From the NCBI GenBank assembly GCA_963555755.3, contig OY820905.2, positions 3,936,001-4,000,000 on the forward strand: a stretch of DNA of 64,000 bases, written 5' to 3'. Made by a program: the position numbers and the translations under genes. Origin of the DNA: Nitrospirales bacterium (GTDB lineage Bacteria; Nitrospirota; Nitrospiria; Nitrospirales; UBA8639). Below are positions 29,554 through 39,300 of this stretch, piece by piece; within the stretch, counting starts at the first letter, position 1; every line of letters starts with the position of its first letter. The notes under the pieces are model-generated. The model did no database searches. It was not told the DNA's origin and saw only the letters and a program-made list of their open reading frames with translations.

Positions 29554-30918
29554 TTAAAACACCCCGATAGCGTGGAGGAGGACGATGGTGACGGCGATGG
29601 GGGCGATGAAGCGAATGAGTATTCGCCAGATGGAATAGCCTACCTCACTTTTCATGTCGAGCTCATCTTGGCTGGTGTCTTTGGTCATTAACCAACCGGC
29701 AAACACGGCAATAAAAATCCCGCCTAATGGCAACATGAGATTTGAAGTGAGGTAGTCGAGGTTTTCGAAAAACGTCATCCCAAACACTGTGGTTTCCGAC
29801 CAGATATTGAACGAAAACGCCGTGCCAAATCCTAACAACCATGTGGCGAGACCAGTCCAAAGAGCCGCTTGCCGGCGGGTCATGTTGAAATTTTCGATCA
29901 TCATCGTGACGGCTGGTTCTAGGAGTGAAATCGATGACGTCCAGGCCGCGACCAGGAGCAACACAAAAAAGAGCGTCCCAAATAGGGTTCCGGCGACCAT
30001 GTTGCCGAAGGCCACGGGGATGGTTTCAAAAATGAGGCTGGGTCCTGCTCCAGGTTCGAGGGCATTGGCGAACACGATCGGGAAAATGGCCATGCCCGCG
30101 AGGAGAGCCACCATCGTATCGAAAATAGCAATGGCTATCGAGGTACTCGCGATGGATGTCCCTTTGGGAACGTACGAGCCGTAAATCATGATTATGCCTA
30201 TGCCGAGGCTCAAACTGAAAAACGCCTGGCCCATGGCCGCGTGAATGCTGGCGCCAGTGAGTTGGTTGAAGTCAGGCGTGAAGAGGTAGTCGAGCCCTTT
30301 CATGAAGTAGCCCGTGGTCATGGCATAGCCTACGAGCACGAGGAGTAGCACGAACAGCGCTGGCATAAGATAGGTGACAGCCTTTTCCAATCCGCTTTTC
30401 ACCCCTCGGGCCACGATATACACGGTGATGATCATGAACACCGTATGCCAGCCCACCTGAACGAATGGATTGCCGACGAAGTCTCCAAATAAGGTCGAAG
30501 CGTCATTGCCGTTTAAGTTAGAAAAATTGCCTGTGACCGAATGGAGGATATACCCAAGAGTCCACCCGCCGATGACGCTGTAATAGGAAAGGATCAGCAT
30601 GCTGGCTAAGGTGCCGAGCCATCCGATGAGCTGCCAGCCTTGGCTGGCATTGTTTTCTGCCGCCAATGCCCGCATGGTGTTGACCGGTGTCTGTTTTCCG
30701 CGACGACCGATCATCACCTCGGCCATCATCATGGGAATGCCCAATGCCGCGACACAGAGGATATAGATCAAGACAAACGCGCCTCCGCCGTGGATGCCCG
30801 TGAGATAGGGGAATTTCCAAATGTTCCCGAGGCCTACCGCCGCGCCGGTGGCGGCCATGATAAAGGTCCAGCGTGATGCCCATTGGCCGTGGATCGATTG
30901 TTGGTCGGAAGAAGGCAT
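29554..30918 (-). CDS. Sodium-dependent transporter, neurotransmitter:sodium symporter family
   Basis: AAVGLGNIWKFPY, GGGAF, GQAFFSLSLG and GP.L.F motifs. Confidence 0.94.
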   Translation of the reverse strand: MPSSDQQSIHGQWASRWTFIMAATGAAVGLGNIWKFPYLTGIHGGGAFVLIYILCVAALGIPMMMAEVMIGRRGKQTPVNTMRALAAENNASQGWQLIGWLGTLASMLILSYYSVIGGWTLGYILHSVTGNFSNLNGNDASTLFGDFVGNPFVQVGWHTVFMIITVYIVARGVKSGLEKAVTYLMPALFVLLLVLVGYAMTTGYFMKGLDYLFTPDFNQLTGASIHAAMGQAFFSLSLGIGIIMIYGSYVPKGTSIASTSIAIAIFDTMVALLAGMAIFPIVFANALEPGAGPSLIFETIPVAFGNMVAGTLFGTLFFVLLLVAAWTSSISLLEPAVTMMIENFNMTRRQAALWTGLATWLLGFGTAFSFNIWSETTVFGMTFFENLDYLTSNLMLPLGGIFIAVFAGWLMTKDTSQDELDMKSEVGYSIWRILIRFIAPIAVTIVLLHAIGVF

Positions 30919-30991
30919 GAAGGATCCTTAAAGGGTGCTTTGGCGGCGGAGTGTATCGTTCACGTTCGATGCTTGCAAGGGTTTTTTCTTA

Positions 30992-31147
30992 GGGCTCGCA
31001 CAAAAATAACTTCCCATGTTTGGCCTCGATCCATCCCGTTTGGCGGTGTTGCTCGTCCTTTCCATACGAGGAGTATGCGCAGTCCTCGTGCTTTGCCAGA
31101 CAGGTATCTCAGCACCAAAACATGGGAAGGTAGTCTTGCGCGAACCC
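30992..31147. mobile_element. MITE R3
   Basis: TSD TTA/TTA; near-identical to 31222-31378. Confidence 0.82.
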
Positions 31148-31221
31148 TTAAGTTACACTGGCTAAAATACTGCCGACTTGAGATCGGGAAGGGGGCTGAT
31201 TATAGTTGGTCGGCTTGGTAA

Positions 31222-31378
31222 GGGCTCGCGCAAGAATACCTTCCCCTGTTTGGGCCTCGATCCATCCCGTTTGGCGGTGTTGCTCGTCCTTTCCATACGA
31301 GGAGTATGCGCAGTCCTCGTGCTTTGCCAGACAGGTGTCTCAGCACCAAAACAGGGGAAGGTATTCTTGCGCGAGCCC
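31222..31378. mobile_element. MITE R3
   Basis: TIR gggctcgcgcaagaataccttcccctgttt; TSD TAA/TAA. Confidence 0.85.
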
Positions 31379-31559
31379 TAATCCGTGTGAGGCATAGATG
31401 TGAAGCGTGAAGCGTAGGACTAATGAATAATTGGCTCCCTCATCACTCCTTACAAAACTGGCTTGCGTGAGCAGGTGACGATCCACAAGGTCTTCATAGA
31501 TCACCGAACCTTGGAGAATTAGCTTGGCGCAGTCTCAACATCAAGAAGAGGTCGAGAAC

Positions 31560-33053
31560 ATGTCGTCTGATGAGAAAACCGCTCGTCGTGTGTTCGTGCT
31601 GGCTCCGATGCCTCCGGAAAAGGCGGCCTATGCTCTTGCGCGGTATAGCCGCTCTCCGGATTCCATTGAAGAAAGTTTGAAATGGGTGCACGGGCATTCG
31701 TCGGAAAAGTTTTGGGAACAATTTTATTTTGCCTATGGCCATGGCTCGATTGCGGATCTGGGGCATGTCACGATTTCTTTGGAACAAATTTCGGAGCTGG
31801 CCGCGATTCGAGTCGAGGACGAGCCTCTATGGGATGGGCAAGCCAAATCCAGTCGGTACCAAAATTTTGCCGTCTCGGGTTGTTACGTCCCTTCGACGAT
31901 TGAAGGAACGGAAACTGAAGCAGTGTATCGGGGCGTGTTGGGGAGTTTGTTCAATCTGTATCGGACTTTTCACGATCCCTTGCAGCAGTTTCTTCGCGAG
32001 CGAGCCCCGAAACCCGATGCCATGAAACAAGGTGATTATGACCGGACGATTGCCGCTCGCACGTTTGATGTCACCCGGTATCTTCTTCCCTTGGCGGCGA
32101 AAACGAATGTGGGACAAGTCGTCAGTATTCGGACTTTGGAAAAGCAAATCACACGGCTGCTCTCTGCGCAGCTTCCGGAGCTCAAGGCGCTGGGTGAAGA
32201 ATTGAAGGCGGCATGTGCTAAGCCTCCCTCGGATGTCTGGGCGACCTTGTGTGGCAATGACAAGAGTGGCAATGAACCGTTGGCGCCGACCTTAGCGCGC
32301 TATGTGGACTCGAATGCGTATCAGACCGAGGTGTATCGAGATCTTCAACGCCATGCCAAGAAGGTCTTGAGAAAGGCGGAGCTGGATGCTCCAGCGGCAT
32401 GGGCTCATCGAAATGAACCGGTTGATTTACTCGAGCCACATCATCTGCAGGATGAGTTGGTGACGACCTTACTCTATCGGGTGAGCCAAGCCCCGTACCG
32501 CAGTATCTTAGAAGTGGTTCGTGAATGGTCGGAGCAGGAAAAGGAAGAGACGATTCAAGTCGCCTGCCGGTCTCGAGGCCCGTACGATGAGTTGATTAAA
32601 GAGTTTCGATGCGGGTATCCCTTGATCTTTGATGTGCTCATGGACATTGGAGGATGGCGAGATATGCACCGCCATCGTCGGTGCCAGCAGGTGCCACAGA
32701 ACTTCACGACGGTACATGGGTATGATACGCCAAAGCCGTTGGTCGATGCCGGGTTGGATCGTGATTATCGATTGGCCATGGATGCCGTGAAGCAAGATAT
32801 TGAACGGTTGCGTGGGATGGATCAGGAGTCGTCGATTTATGCGATTCCCTTTGGGTTCAAGGTGCGATGCCTCTTTAAAATGGACTATGCCGAGGCGGAG
32901 TACATTTCGCAGCTCAGGTCGGGAGTCAAAGGTCATTGGTCGTATCGAACCATTGCCTGGTTGATGAAGCAAAAGATAACTGAACAATACCCGTACTTGG
33001 GTGAGCTGATTCAGGCGACGCCTCCTGATGTTGAAGATACATTAAAACGATGA
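31560..33053 (+). CDS. thyX: FAD-dependent thymidylate synthase, tandem-domain type
   Basis: ARYSRS, YGHGSIADL, SSRYQ, D..RYLLP and C-terminal RDMHRHR motifs. Confidence 0.85.
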   Translation: MSSDEKTARRVFVLAPMPPEKAAYALARYSRSPDSIEESLKWVHGHSSEKFWEQFYFAYGHGSIADLGHVTISLEQISELAAIRVEDEPLWDGQAKSSRYQNFAVSGCYVPSTIEGTETEAVYRGVLGSLFNLYRTFHDPLQQFLRERAPKPDAMKQGDYDRTIAARTFDVTRYLLPLAAKTNVGQVVSIRTLEKQITRLLSAQLPELKALGEELKAACAKPPSDVWATLCGNDKSGNEPLAPTLARYVDSNAYQTEVYRDLQRHAKKVLRKAELDAPAAWAHRNEPVDLLEPHHLQDELVTTLLYRVSQAPYRSILEVVREWSEQEKEETIQVACRSRGPYDELIKEFRCGYPLIFDVLMDIGGWRDMHRHRRCQQVPQNFTTVHGYDTPKPLVDAGLDRDYRLAMDAVKQDIERLRGMDQESSIYAIPFGFKVRCLFKMDYAEAEYISQLRSGVKGHWSYRTIAWLMKQKITEQYPYLGELIQATPPDVEDTLKR

Positions 33054-33054
33054 T

Positions 33055-33176
33055 GGGGCTGTTGAAAAAGCCCGCCAGCTGCGTTCTCGGCCTGTTGTCG
33101 TGCTCACGTACTTCGTGTACGCTCCGCGCGCCAACAGGCCTGCGGCCTTGCTGGACGGATCTTTTTGAACAGCCCC
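33055..33176. mobile_element. MITE R1, short form
   Basis: TIR ggggctgttgaaaaag / ctttttgaacagcccc; 5-bp TSD ATGAT. Confidence 0.85.
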
Positions 33177-33398
33177 ATGATGTGGGCTGTTGGCCCCAAA
33201 AATCTAGACGAACTATAATTACTCAGATCCAGAGTTCATGTGTTCTACGGTTCACGGTTTAGGGTTGGGAAAGATAAAAATTGAATTGTTTGAAGATGAT
33301 AATGATGCGTGGCAAAGAGCCAATGAGGAACGTAAAGGAGCCAACCGTGAACTGTGAACCTGACAACCTGAGTCGTGACAACGAAACAAGAGCGAAAC

Positions 33399-34424
33399 AT
33401 GTCTGACGGAAACGCAGTCGAACAAGCTATTATCCAAGGTGATTGGGACCGAGCGGTGGAAACGGCGACTCAATGGTCGGAGTCAGAATCCGCAGGGGCA
33501 CCGGCGTTTTTTGTGCTCAACGCCATGCATCTACTAAGAGGGGAGTTCGCGCTTGCCTGGCAAATGCATGCCAAGTCGCTCCAGGAAGAGGAGGACATTA
33601 ATCAGGTGCGAGCCTGGGTCGATCGCATCTTGGAGGCGTATCCCAATGAGGGGTATCTTCACTTAATACGCGGGTTGTTCCTTGCCCAATCCGGACAATC
33701 AGAGCAGTCACTGGACAGTTATCAAGAAGCCGTGCGCCTGGCCCCTGAGTCACCCTTTCCTCATTTTTTCCTGGCCCAAATTTATCAACGGATGAGGAAG
33801 ACGGATCAAGCGATCAAGGCCTATCGGCAAGCTGTGAAGTTGGATCCGAATTATATCGTGGCTCGATTAAACTTAGGGGTGGCGTATCAGGAGCATGGCC
33901 AGTTGGAGATGGCCATTCCGCAATATCGGGAAATCATTAAACTACGACCCGAGGATACCCTGGGGCATAGTAACTTGGCCTGTGCCCTCGCTGAGCAAGG
34001 GAAAATTGATGCGGCCATTAAAGAATATAAAGTCGCGCTGGAACTCAATGCCGAGGATGCGGAACTCCGGTTTGCGCTGGCTGGGGTATATGAACAAAAA
34101 GGGCGCCAGGATATGGCGCTGCGTGAGTATAAGGAAGCCGTGCGGATCAACCCGAACTTTGCCCCGGCTGCGACCGCGGTTGGATGGATGATAGTCGAAC
34201 AAGGCAAAGTGGATGAGGCGCTGGATTATTTTAGTAAAGCCATCAAAGCCGACCCGAACGATGCACATGCGACGTTTGGGGTGGGGCGTGTGTATGACTT
34301 GAAGCGCATGCCTGCACTTGCCGGCGATCATTATGAACGGGCCTTTCAATTAGAAAAAGATCCCGCGAAGAAAACCGCCATTTTGAATTTTATTGATAAG
34401 ATCGTAGGGGGGTATCACGATTAG
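33399..34424 (+). CDS. TPR-repeat protein
   Basis: Multiple 34-aa repeats (A...Y..A..L.P...A..NLG). Confidence 0.88.
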   Translation: MSDGNAVEQAIIQGDWDRAVETATQWSESESAGAPAFFVLNAMHLLRGEFALAWQMHAKSLQEEEDINQVRAWVDRILEAYPNEGYLHLIRGLFLAQSGQSEQSLDSYQEAVRLAPESPFPHFFLAQIYQRMRKTDQAIKAYRQAVKLDPNYIVARLNLGVAYQEHGQLEMAIPQYREIIKLRPEDTLGHSNLACALAEQGKIDAAIKEYKVALELNAEDAELRFALAGVYEQKGRQDMALREYKEAVRINPNFAPAATAVGWMIVEQGKVDEALDYFSKAIKADPNDAHATFGVGRVYDLKRMPALAGDHYERAFQLEKDPAKKTAILNFIDKIVGGYHD

Positions 34425-34426
34425 GA

Positions 34427-34582
34427 CGTGATGCATAAAGCGTTATGCGTGCCTGCGCGCTGTAGCGCTTCGGCGCGCAAGCGTGAAGCGTAACAAAAAG
34501 AAAGTTTTTGATGAGTAATCGGTGAGGAGGGAAAAGTAGAAAAAGTTTTTTACGCTTCACGCATGACGAATCACGCTTCACG
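34427..34582. repeat. Inverted heptamer array at a convergent gene junction, with an inserted hairpin
   Basis: cgtgatg cataaag cgttatg ... cttcacg catgacg aatcacg cttcacg. Confidence 0.72.
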
Positions 34583-34589
34583 AAGTTCT

Positions 34590-34859
34590 TTACAGTTCCA
34601 AAATCGACTGCCGAAGCATGGAAATTTGTTTCGGAGGGGGGCCGAGTTTGCCAAGTTCGGCTTTGATTTGGTCTTTCAGGTAGGATGAATACCCGACTCG
34701 ATCTAGGAAAAATTCGAGAAATTTATCGCCCAAGATGGCGCTTTGCTTTTTGAGCTCCGCGACATCCTCATCGCTGACTGGCACATACGTGCTGCCAATG
34801 TGCAACAGGACCTTATAATAATCCTCGTCTCCCCGCCGCTCGAATCGTAACCCGTCCAT
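34590..34859 (-). CDS. Hypothetical protein
   Basis: 89-aa ORF with RBS AAGGGG. Confidence 0.65.
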   Translation of the reverse strand: MDGLRFERRGDEDYYKVLLHIGSTYVPVSDEDVAELKKQSAILGDKFLEFFLDRVGYSSYLKDQIKAELGKLGPPPKQISMLRQSILEL

Positions 34860-35044
34860 GTTTGCCCCTTAATTTTTCTGAACAATTTTCCTAGCGGTCC
34901 GCATTGTATGCAAACCTATGTTCGGAAGACAAGGGATGGAGTGGTGGGACTGGTAAGCTGGGCAGGCCCCACACTATAAAAACTTGTCATTCCCGACATC
35001 CTTCATCGGGAATCCAGGTTATTTTTTCTTCAAAAATATTTAAT

Positions 35045-35265
35045 GCGGGGTTTCGTCCCCACGGGACGAGTCCCTTTTGTTTCGGCAAAAGTGCCCAAAA
35101 CAATTTTAGCCCGTGCGCGGCCCCTCCGACACTGCTCAGAGCAGTTTCTCCGGGGTCCCTCCGCCTCCGCCCCGAATAAGATGGCTCAGGAACTCGCTTT
35201 GCTCAAACAGCCTTCGCCAAAGAAGCCGATTCGGGGCTCCAGCTCCGCCGCGCCCAACGCAGTGA
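35045..35265. repeat. Structured dispersed repeat R8
   Basis: Aligns with 62928-63193; multiple hairpins, no TIR. Confidence 0.72.
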
Positions 35266-35688
35266 GTTCCAAAGGCTGGTACGACAAATGAAAAAAGGGT
35301 GATGTGGGGTTGCGGATTTGATCGTTGGATACGTTAAAATGTAACACTTCTCTTAGGGGAACTGTTACATTTTTTGAAAAAGCCAATAACCATGCGGGTT
35401 TGAAACGCCCATTTTCATGATTTGAAAAAGGCGAAAATGTAACAGATTACGGCATTTTGTTACATGGTACTCCCAATAAGGGTACTTGGGCAGTGAGCAG
35501 TCACTTGGCGGCGGCCCGGTGATGCAATTCTTTAGGCGTCATCGCAGAGCTTTCGGTTAGCCGTCCGCTTACGACCCAAAGCGGACGTTCGGAAAAGACG
35601 GCGAATGGGTGCAGTTGACCGACCTGGATCGGTCTTCCTACCACGAATGACGGCGACCTGAAGAGTTCAACACCGGGGAAATAGAAAG

Positions 35689-35955
35689 ATGATCGTGATT
35701 TCAAGAATGTGCATAGTTCTTGGCTTGCTTATTGTGATCGGCACGTTTGTTAGTGCCCGAGACCAAGACGAAACGCTACCCGAGCGGACAACGTTCATGT
35801 TTCCTCTTCAGATGGAAGGACTCGCCAAGGGCCTAGAGGAGTCCGGCGTTCATATCGTCTATGGACCGAACTCCATCCCGGCTCCCGAAGGGATAAGCGA
35901 GGCGGCTAAGAAAGTTTGGGTGAACCTACCCCTTGGATCTTTATTGGCCCCGTGA
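35689..35955 (+). CDS. Small hypothetical protein with a signal-peptide-like N-terminus
   Basis: 88-aa ORF with hydrophobic N-terminus, just upstream of chaA. Confidence 0.35.
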   Translation: MIVISRMCIVLGLLIVIGTFVSARDQDETLPERTTFMFPLQMEGLAKGLEESGVHIVYGPNSIPAPEGISEAAKKVWVNLPLGSLLAP

Positions 35956-35985
35956 AGCATTGTCAGAAACTGAGGCAAGATCGAT

Positions 35986-37104
35986 ATGGCACTAATCCGG
36001 AGCGAAGCAGCTACGATAGTCGGATATTTGACGCTGCTTTGCGTCACGCTTCTTGGCGGCTTACTGACACCGGAAAGTGTTGGCTGGCAGATTTCGGCGG
36101 CGGTGTTCGCAGGTCTCTTCTTTGTGATGCTCTGGCTGGCGTTTGCTGTCGTGCGGCACGCGGAAGGCCTTGCAACACTCCTGGGTGAGCCCTACGGCAC
36201 CTTGATCTTGACCCTGTCGGTCATTGGCATCGAGGTGGCCCTGATCGCCTCCATCATGATTACTGGTTCCAACAAGCCAACGCTGGCGCGCGATACGATG
36301 TTTTCGGTCATCATGATCGTACTTAACGGTCTCGTTGGGCTCAGCCTTCTGACCGGCGGGCTGCGGCATCGTTTTCAGAATTATAATCTGGAAGGCGCGA
36401 CTGCTTATCTTGCCGTCCTCATCCCGCTCGCTGTTCTCTCCCTGATTTTGCCGCGCTTTTCGCCCGCGGCCCCCGGCGGGGAGCTGTCGCAGCTGAATGC
36501 GGCGTTCCTAATTGGAATGTCGATCATTCTCTACGGCGTGTTTCTGGGTGTTCAGACCGTCACCCACAGCGACATCTTCCAACAACCTGCACCCGGCGCC
36601 TCCGATATCCAGGAAGCGTCGCAGGATCATCATGGTTCTGGTGTTCAGACGGTACAGCACCACTGCATTGGGCTCCTCGCGGCTATGCTGCCGATTGTTT
36701 TATTGTCGAAGAATTTTGCTGTTTATGTCGATTTCGGGATTGAAAGGCTGGGTGCGCCGCTTGCTTTGGGAGGATTCTTGATTGCCGCGCTGATCTTGAC
36801 CCCAGAGGGCCTCAGCGCCATCCAGGCCGCACGGAAAAATCAGCTACAGCGCGCTGTCAATATCTGCCTTGGTTCGTCTCTGTCCACCATTGGATTGACG
36901 GTTCCAGCCATTCTCACAATCTCTTGGGTGATGAGCAAGCCGGTTGAGCTTGGGCTGAACAGCTCAGATATCGTCATCTTGTCGGTGACCCTTGTCGTCA
37001 GCATCGTGACGTTCGTAAGTGCTCGCACCAACGTACTCTTTGGCGTTGTTCACCTGGCGCTGTTTGCGGCCTATGTGATGATGATCTTCGACGCGTCCGT
37101 CTAG
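35986..37104 (+). CDS. chaA: Ca2+(Na+)/H+ antiporter, ChaA family
   Basis: HAE.LA..LGEPYGTLILTLSV..IEV, LARDT and PE...A..AA..N.LQRA.N..LGS motifs. Confidence 0.9.
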   Translation: MALIRSEAATIVGYLTLLCVTLLGGLLTPESVGWQISAAVFAGLFFVMLWLAFAVVRHAEGLATLLGEPYGTLILTLSVIGIEVALIASIMITGSNKPTLARDTMFSVIMIVLNGLVGLSLLTGGLRHRFQNYNLEGATAYLAVLIPLAVLSLILPRFSPAAPGGELSQLNAAFLIGMSIILYGVFLGVQTVTHSDIFQQPAPGASDIQEASQDHHGSGVQTVQHHCIGLLAAMLPIVLLSKNFAVYVDFGIERLGAPLALGGFLIAALILTPEGLSAIQAARKNQLQRAVNICLGSSLSTIGLTVPAILTISWVMSKPVELGLNSSDIVILSVTLVVSIVTFVSARTNVLFGVVHLALFAAYVMMIFDASV

Positions 37105-37321
37105 GGCATCGTATCTCTTGTCACAGTCGGGCTGTTCGAGACATCATGATTGACTCAAGTCATACTCCGGTTAGCGGTTCTCTATGATGGGGGAACGAAG
37201 GGGAAGGATTGGTGTGAATAAGATATTGCTATGCCATGAGCCAAAAAGATTAATCCTACATTCCGCACTTGAAAACGTGCATTTAGCCTGGACTCCACCA
37301 GTGGTGTCCAGCGCCTAGCTC

Positions 37322-37621
37322 TTACCGCCGGGTCCACGGAGCGGTCTCAAGCGCCTCCTTGCTCACTGTCGCCAGCCTCGCCTGCAGTTTCTTGAAGTTC
37401 TTAATCCGTCGTACGCACTCCCTGGCTTCCTCTTGCGTGAGCGTTACCGTGGTCTTCTTTTCGTCGATGCGGCCTGTCCAGCGATAATAGGGCCCGTGTC
37501 GGTGGGCCGGGTCGTCCCGACACTTGCACGTCTGTTTGCCGCATCGCGCCCTTGCGGTCGACACACTCCCGGGCAGAACGGGTCCGGGCGATCTGAGGTG
37601 GATCATCTTTACGCTTGACAT
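37322..37621 (-). CDS. DUF6788-like Cys/His-rich small protein carried inside IS1634
   Basis: GS...RCGK..CKC......HGPYY.W motif; ATG at 37621. Confidence 0.75.
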   Translation of the reverse strand: MSSVKMIHLRSPGPVLPGSVSTARARCGKQTCKCRDDPAHRHGPYYRWTGRIDEKKTTVTLTQEEARECVRRIKNFKKLQARLATVSKEALETAPWTRR

Positions 37622-37645
37622 CTTAATGCTATTATGCATTAAGAT
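37620..37645. promoter_or_regulatory. Perfect palindrome, candidate operator between the divergent IS genes
   Basis: ATCTTAATGC-TATTAT-GCATTAAGAT, adjacent to TTGACA at 37615. Confidence 0.6.
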
Positions 37646-37650
37646 AGGGC

Positions 37651-39300
37651 GTGATGCAAGCCAAAGATTTGCAGCATCGGAAGGTACGGATCGCGACCCT
37701 CCCACTCATCAATCGCTGTTTCGCGACGCTCGGGGTGCGCCAACGCCTGGAGGACATTCTTCGTTCGGCGCGGTACGCTACGGCGATTGAGCTCCTCATC
37801 AAAAGCATGCTGATCGAACCGGCAGCGCTCTACCGCGTCCCAGCCTGGGCCCAGCAGTTCGACCCGATTGAGCGAGGAGCCGCGCCGCTCACCGATGATG
37901 GGCTGGGACGGGCCCTCGACAGGTTATTCCAGGCTGATCGCGCAACGTTGCAGACCACCCTCACGCTGGCGGCCATTGACCGGTTCGCGATTGATGTCTC
38001 CCAGATCCATAGTGATTCCACCTCCGTCAAGTTCTCGGGGGCGTACGCGGCGCAATCGCGCAAAGGGGTCCACCTCACGCGGGGCCACAGCAAGGATCAT
38101 CGTCCCGATCTGAAACAGCTCCTCTACAACTTGTCGATGGCTCGCGATGGAGCCGTGCCGATTCACTTCAAGACCCATGCGGGCCATCAGACCGACGACA
38201 CCCTGCATATCGAGAATTGGCTGACGTTGCGCCGCTTGGTGGGCGGGGCCGGGTTCCTCTACGTCGCCGACTCCAAATTATGCACGACCGCGAACATGCG
38301 GCGCATCGACCAGGAACACGGTCGATTTGTCACCATCGTGCCCCGGATCCGGGCCGAAACCCACGTGTTTGCCACCGATTGCTACGAGGCGACCGTCCGC
38401 TGGGACCCGCTCCTACGCCAGCGCTCGACTCGAAGGCGGGGGATGTATGACGTGTTTTCGGTCGCGAGCGAGGCGTATCAGCTGGCGGAGGGGTTTCGAC
38501 TCTATTGGTATCGCTCCTCCGAGAAGAGAAAGCGCGATGCCAGCAGCCGCAAGGACCGGCTGGAGATCGCTCGGCACAAACTCGCGGCGCTCAACGAGAA
38601 GAAAGCGCGTGGGCGCCGAACCGAGCGCTCGTTACTTAAGCAGGCCCACCAGATCATCGCGAGGTATCAGGTGGCTCCGTGGCTCACGGCGACCGTGAGC
38701 CACCGCGTGGAGGAAACCTTCACACAGACCGCCCGCGGCAAACCCTCGCCCGCGTCGACCTACCATCGCACCGTCAAACACATTCCGCAGCTCATGATCC
38801 AGCAAGACCCGGAACAGCTCGCTCGGGCCAAGGCCATCGATGGGATCTTTCCGCTGGTCACGAATACCTCCCTCTCCGCCAAAGCGGTCCTCGAGGCGTA
38901 CAAGTATCAGCCCCATATCGAGAAGCGCTTCAGCGGCCTCAAGTCCGACTTCCAGGTGGCGCCGGTGTTCCTCAAGAACAACGAACGCATCGAGGCCCTC
39001 ATGCTCGTGGTCTACCTCGCCGATCTCGTGGCCGCCCTCATTCAGCGCGATCTCAGACATGCGATGGAGAAGAGCGGTATTCGAACCCTGCGAACCCTCC
39101 CCGAGGAACGACCCACCTCGACCCCGACCTGGGAACAAGTCCAGCGACTCTTTGCCCAGCACTGCAGGTACGAGATTCTTCGTGACGGCAAGGTGGTGAG
39201 GACCTTTTGGGATGAGTTGTCCGAGCCACAGCACCAAGTGCTGCAACTCCTCAAAATCCCTCAACCGCAGTTTGGCGCAAAAAAAAGAGGCGATACATGA
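37651..39300 (+). CDS. IS1634-family DDE transposase
   Basis: H.DSTS, GHSKDHRPDLKQ, YVADSKL and YK.Q..IEKRF..LK...V.PVFLK...RIEAL motifs. Confidence 0.92.
   Translation: MMQAKDLQHRKVRIATLPLINRCFATLGVRQRLEDILRSARYATAIELLIKSMLIEPAALYRVPAWAQQFDPIERGAAPLTDDGLGRALDRLFQADRATLQTTLTLAAIDRFAIDVSQIHSDSTSVKFSGAYAAQSRKGVHLTRGHSKDHRPDLKQLLYNLSMARDGAVPIHFKTHAGHQTDDTLHIENWLTLRRLVGGAGFLYVADSKLCTTANMRRIDQEHGRFVTIVPRIRAETHVFATDCYEATVRWDPLLRQRSTRRRGMYDVFSVASEAYQLAEGFRLYWYRSSEKRKRDASSRKDRLEIARHKLAALNEKKARGRRTERSLLKQAHQIIARYQVAPWLTATVSHRVEETFTQTARGKPSPASTYHRTVKHIPQLMIQQDPEQLARAKAIDGIFPLVTNTSLSAKAVLEAYKYQPHIEKRFSGLKSDFQVAPVFLKNNERIEALMLVVYLADLVAALIQRDLRHAMEKSGIRTLRTLPEERPTSTPTWEQVQRLFAQHCRYEILRDGKVVRTFWDELSEPQHQVLQLLKIPQPQFGAKKRGDT

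Noticed and set aside
37105..37254. Integron integrase remnant or FNR-like box left of IS1634
   Set aside because: No tyrosine-recombinase motif is readable, and the TTGAC-N4-GTCAT site is imperfect with no clear target gene
38632..39264. 210-aa antisense ORF and other long ORFs within IS1634
   Set aside because: Shadow ORFs of a GC-rich transposase gene
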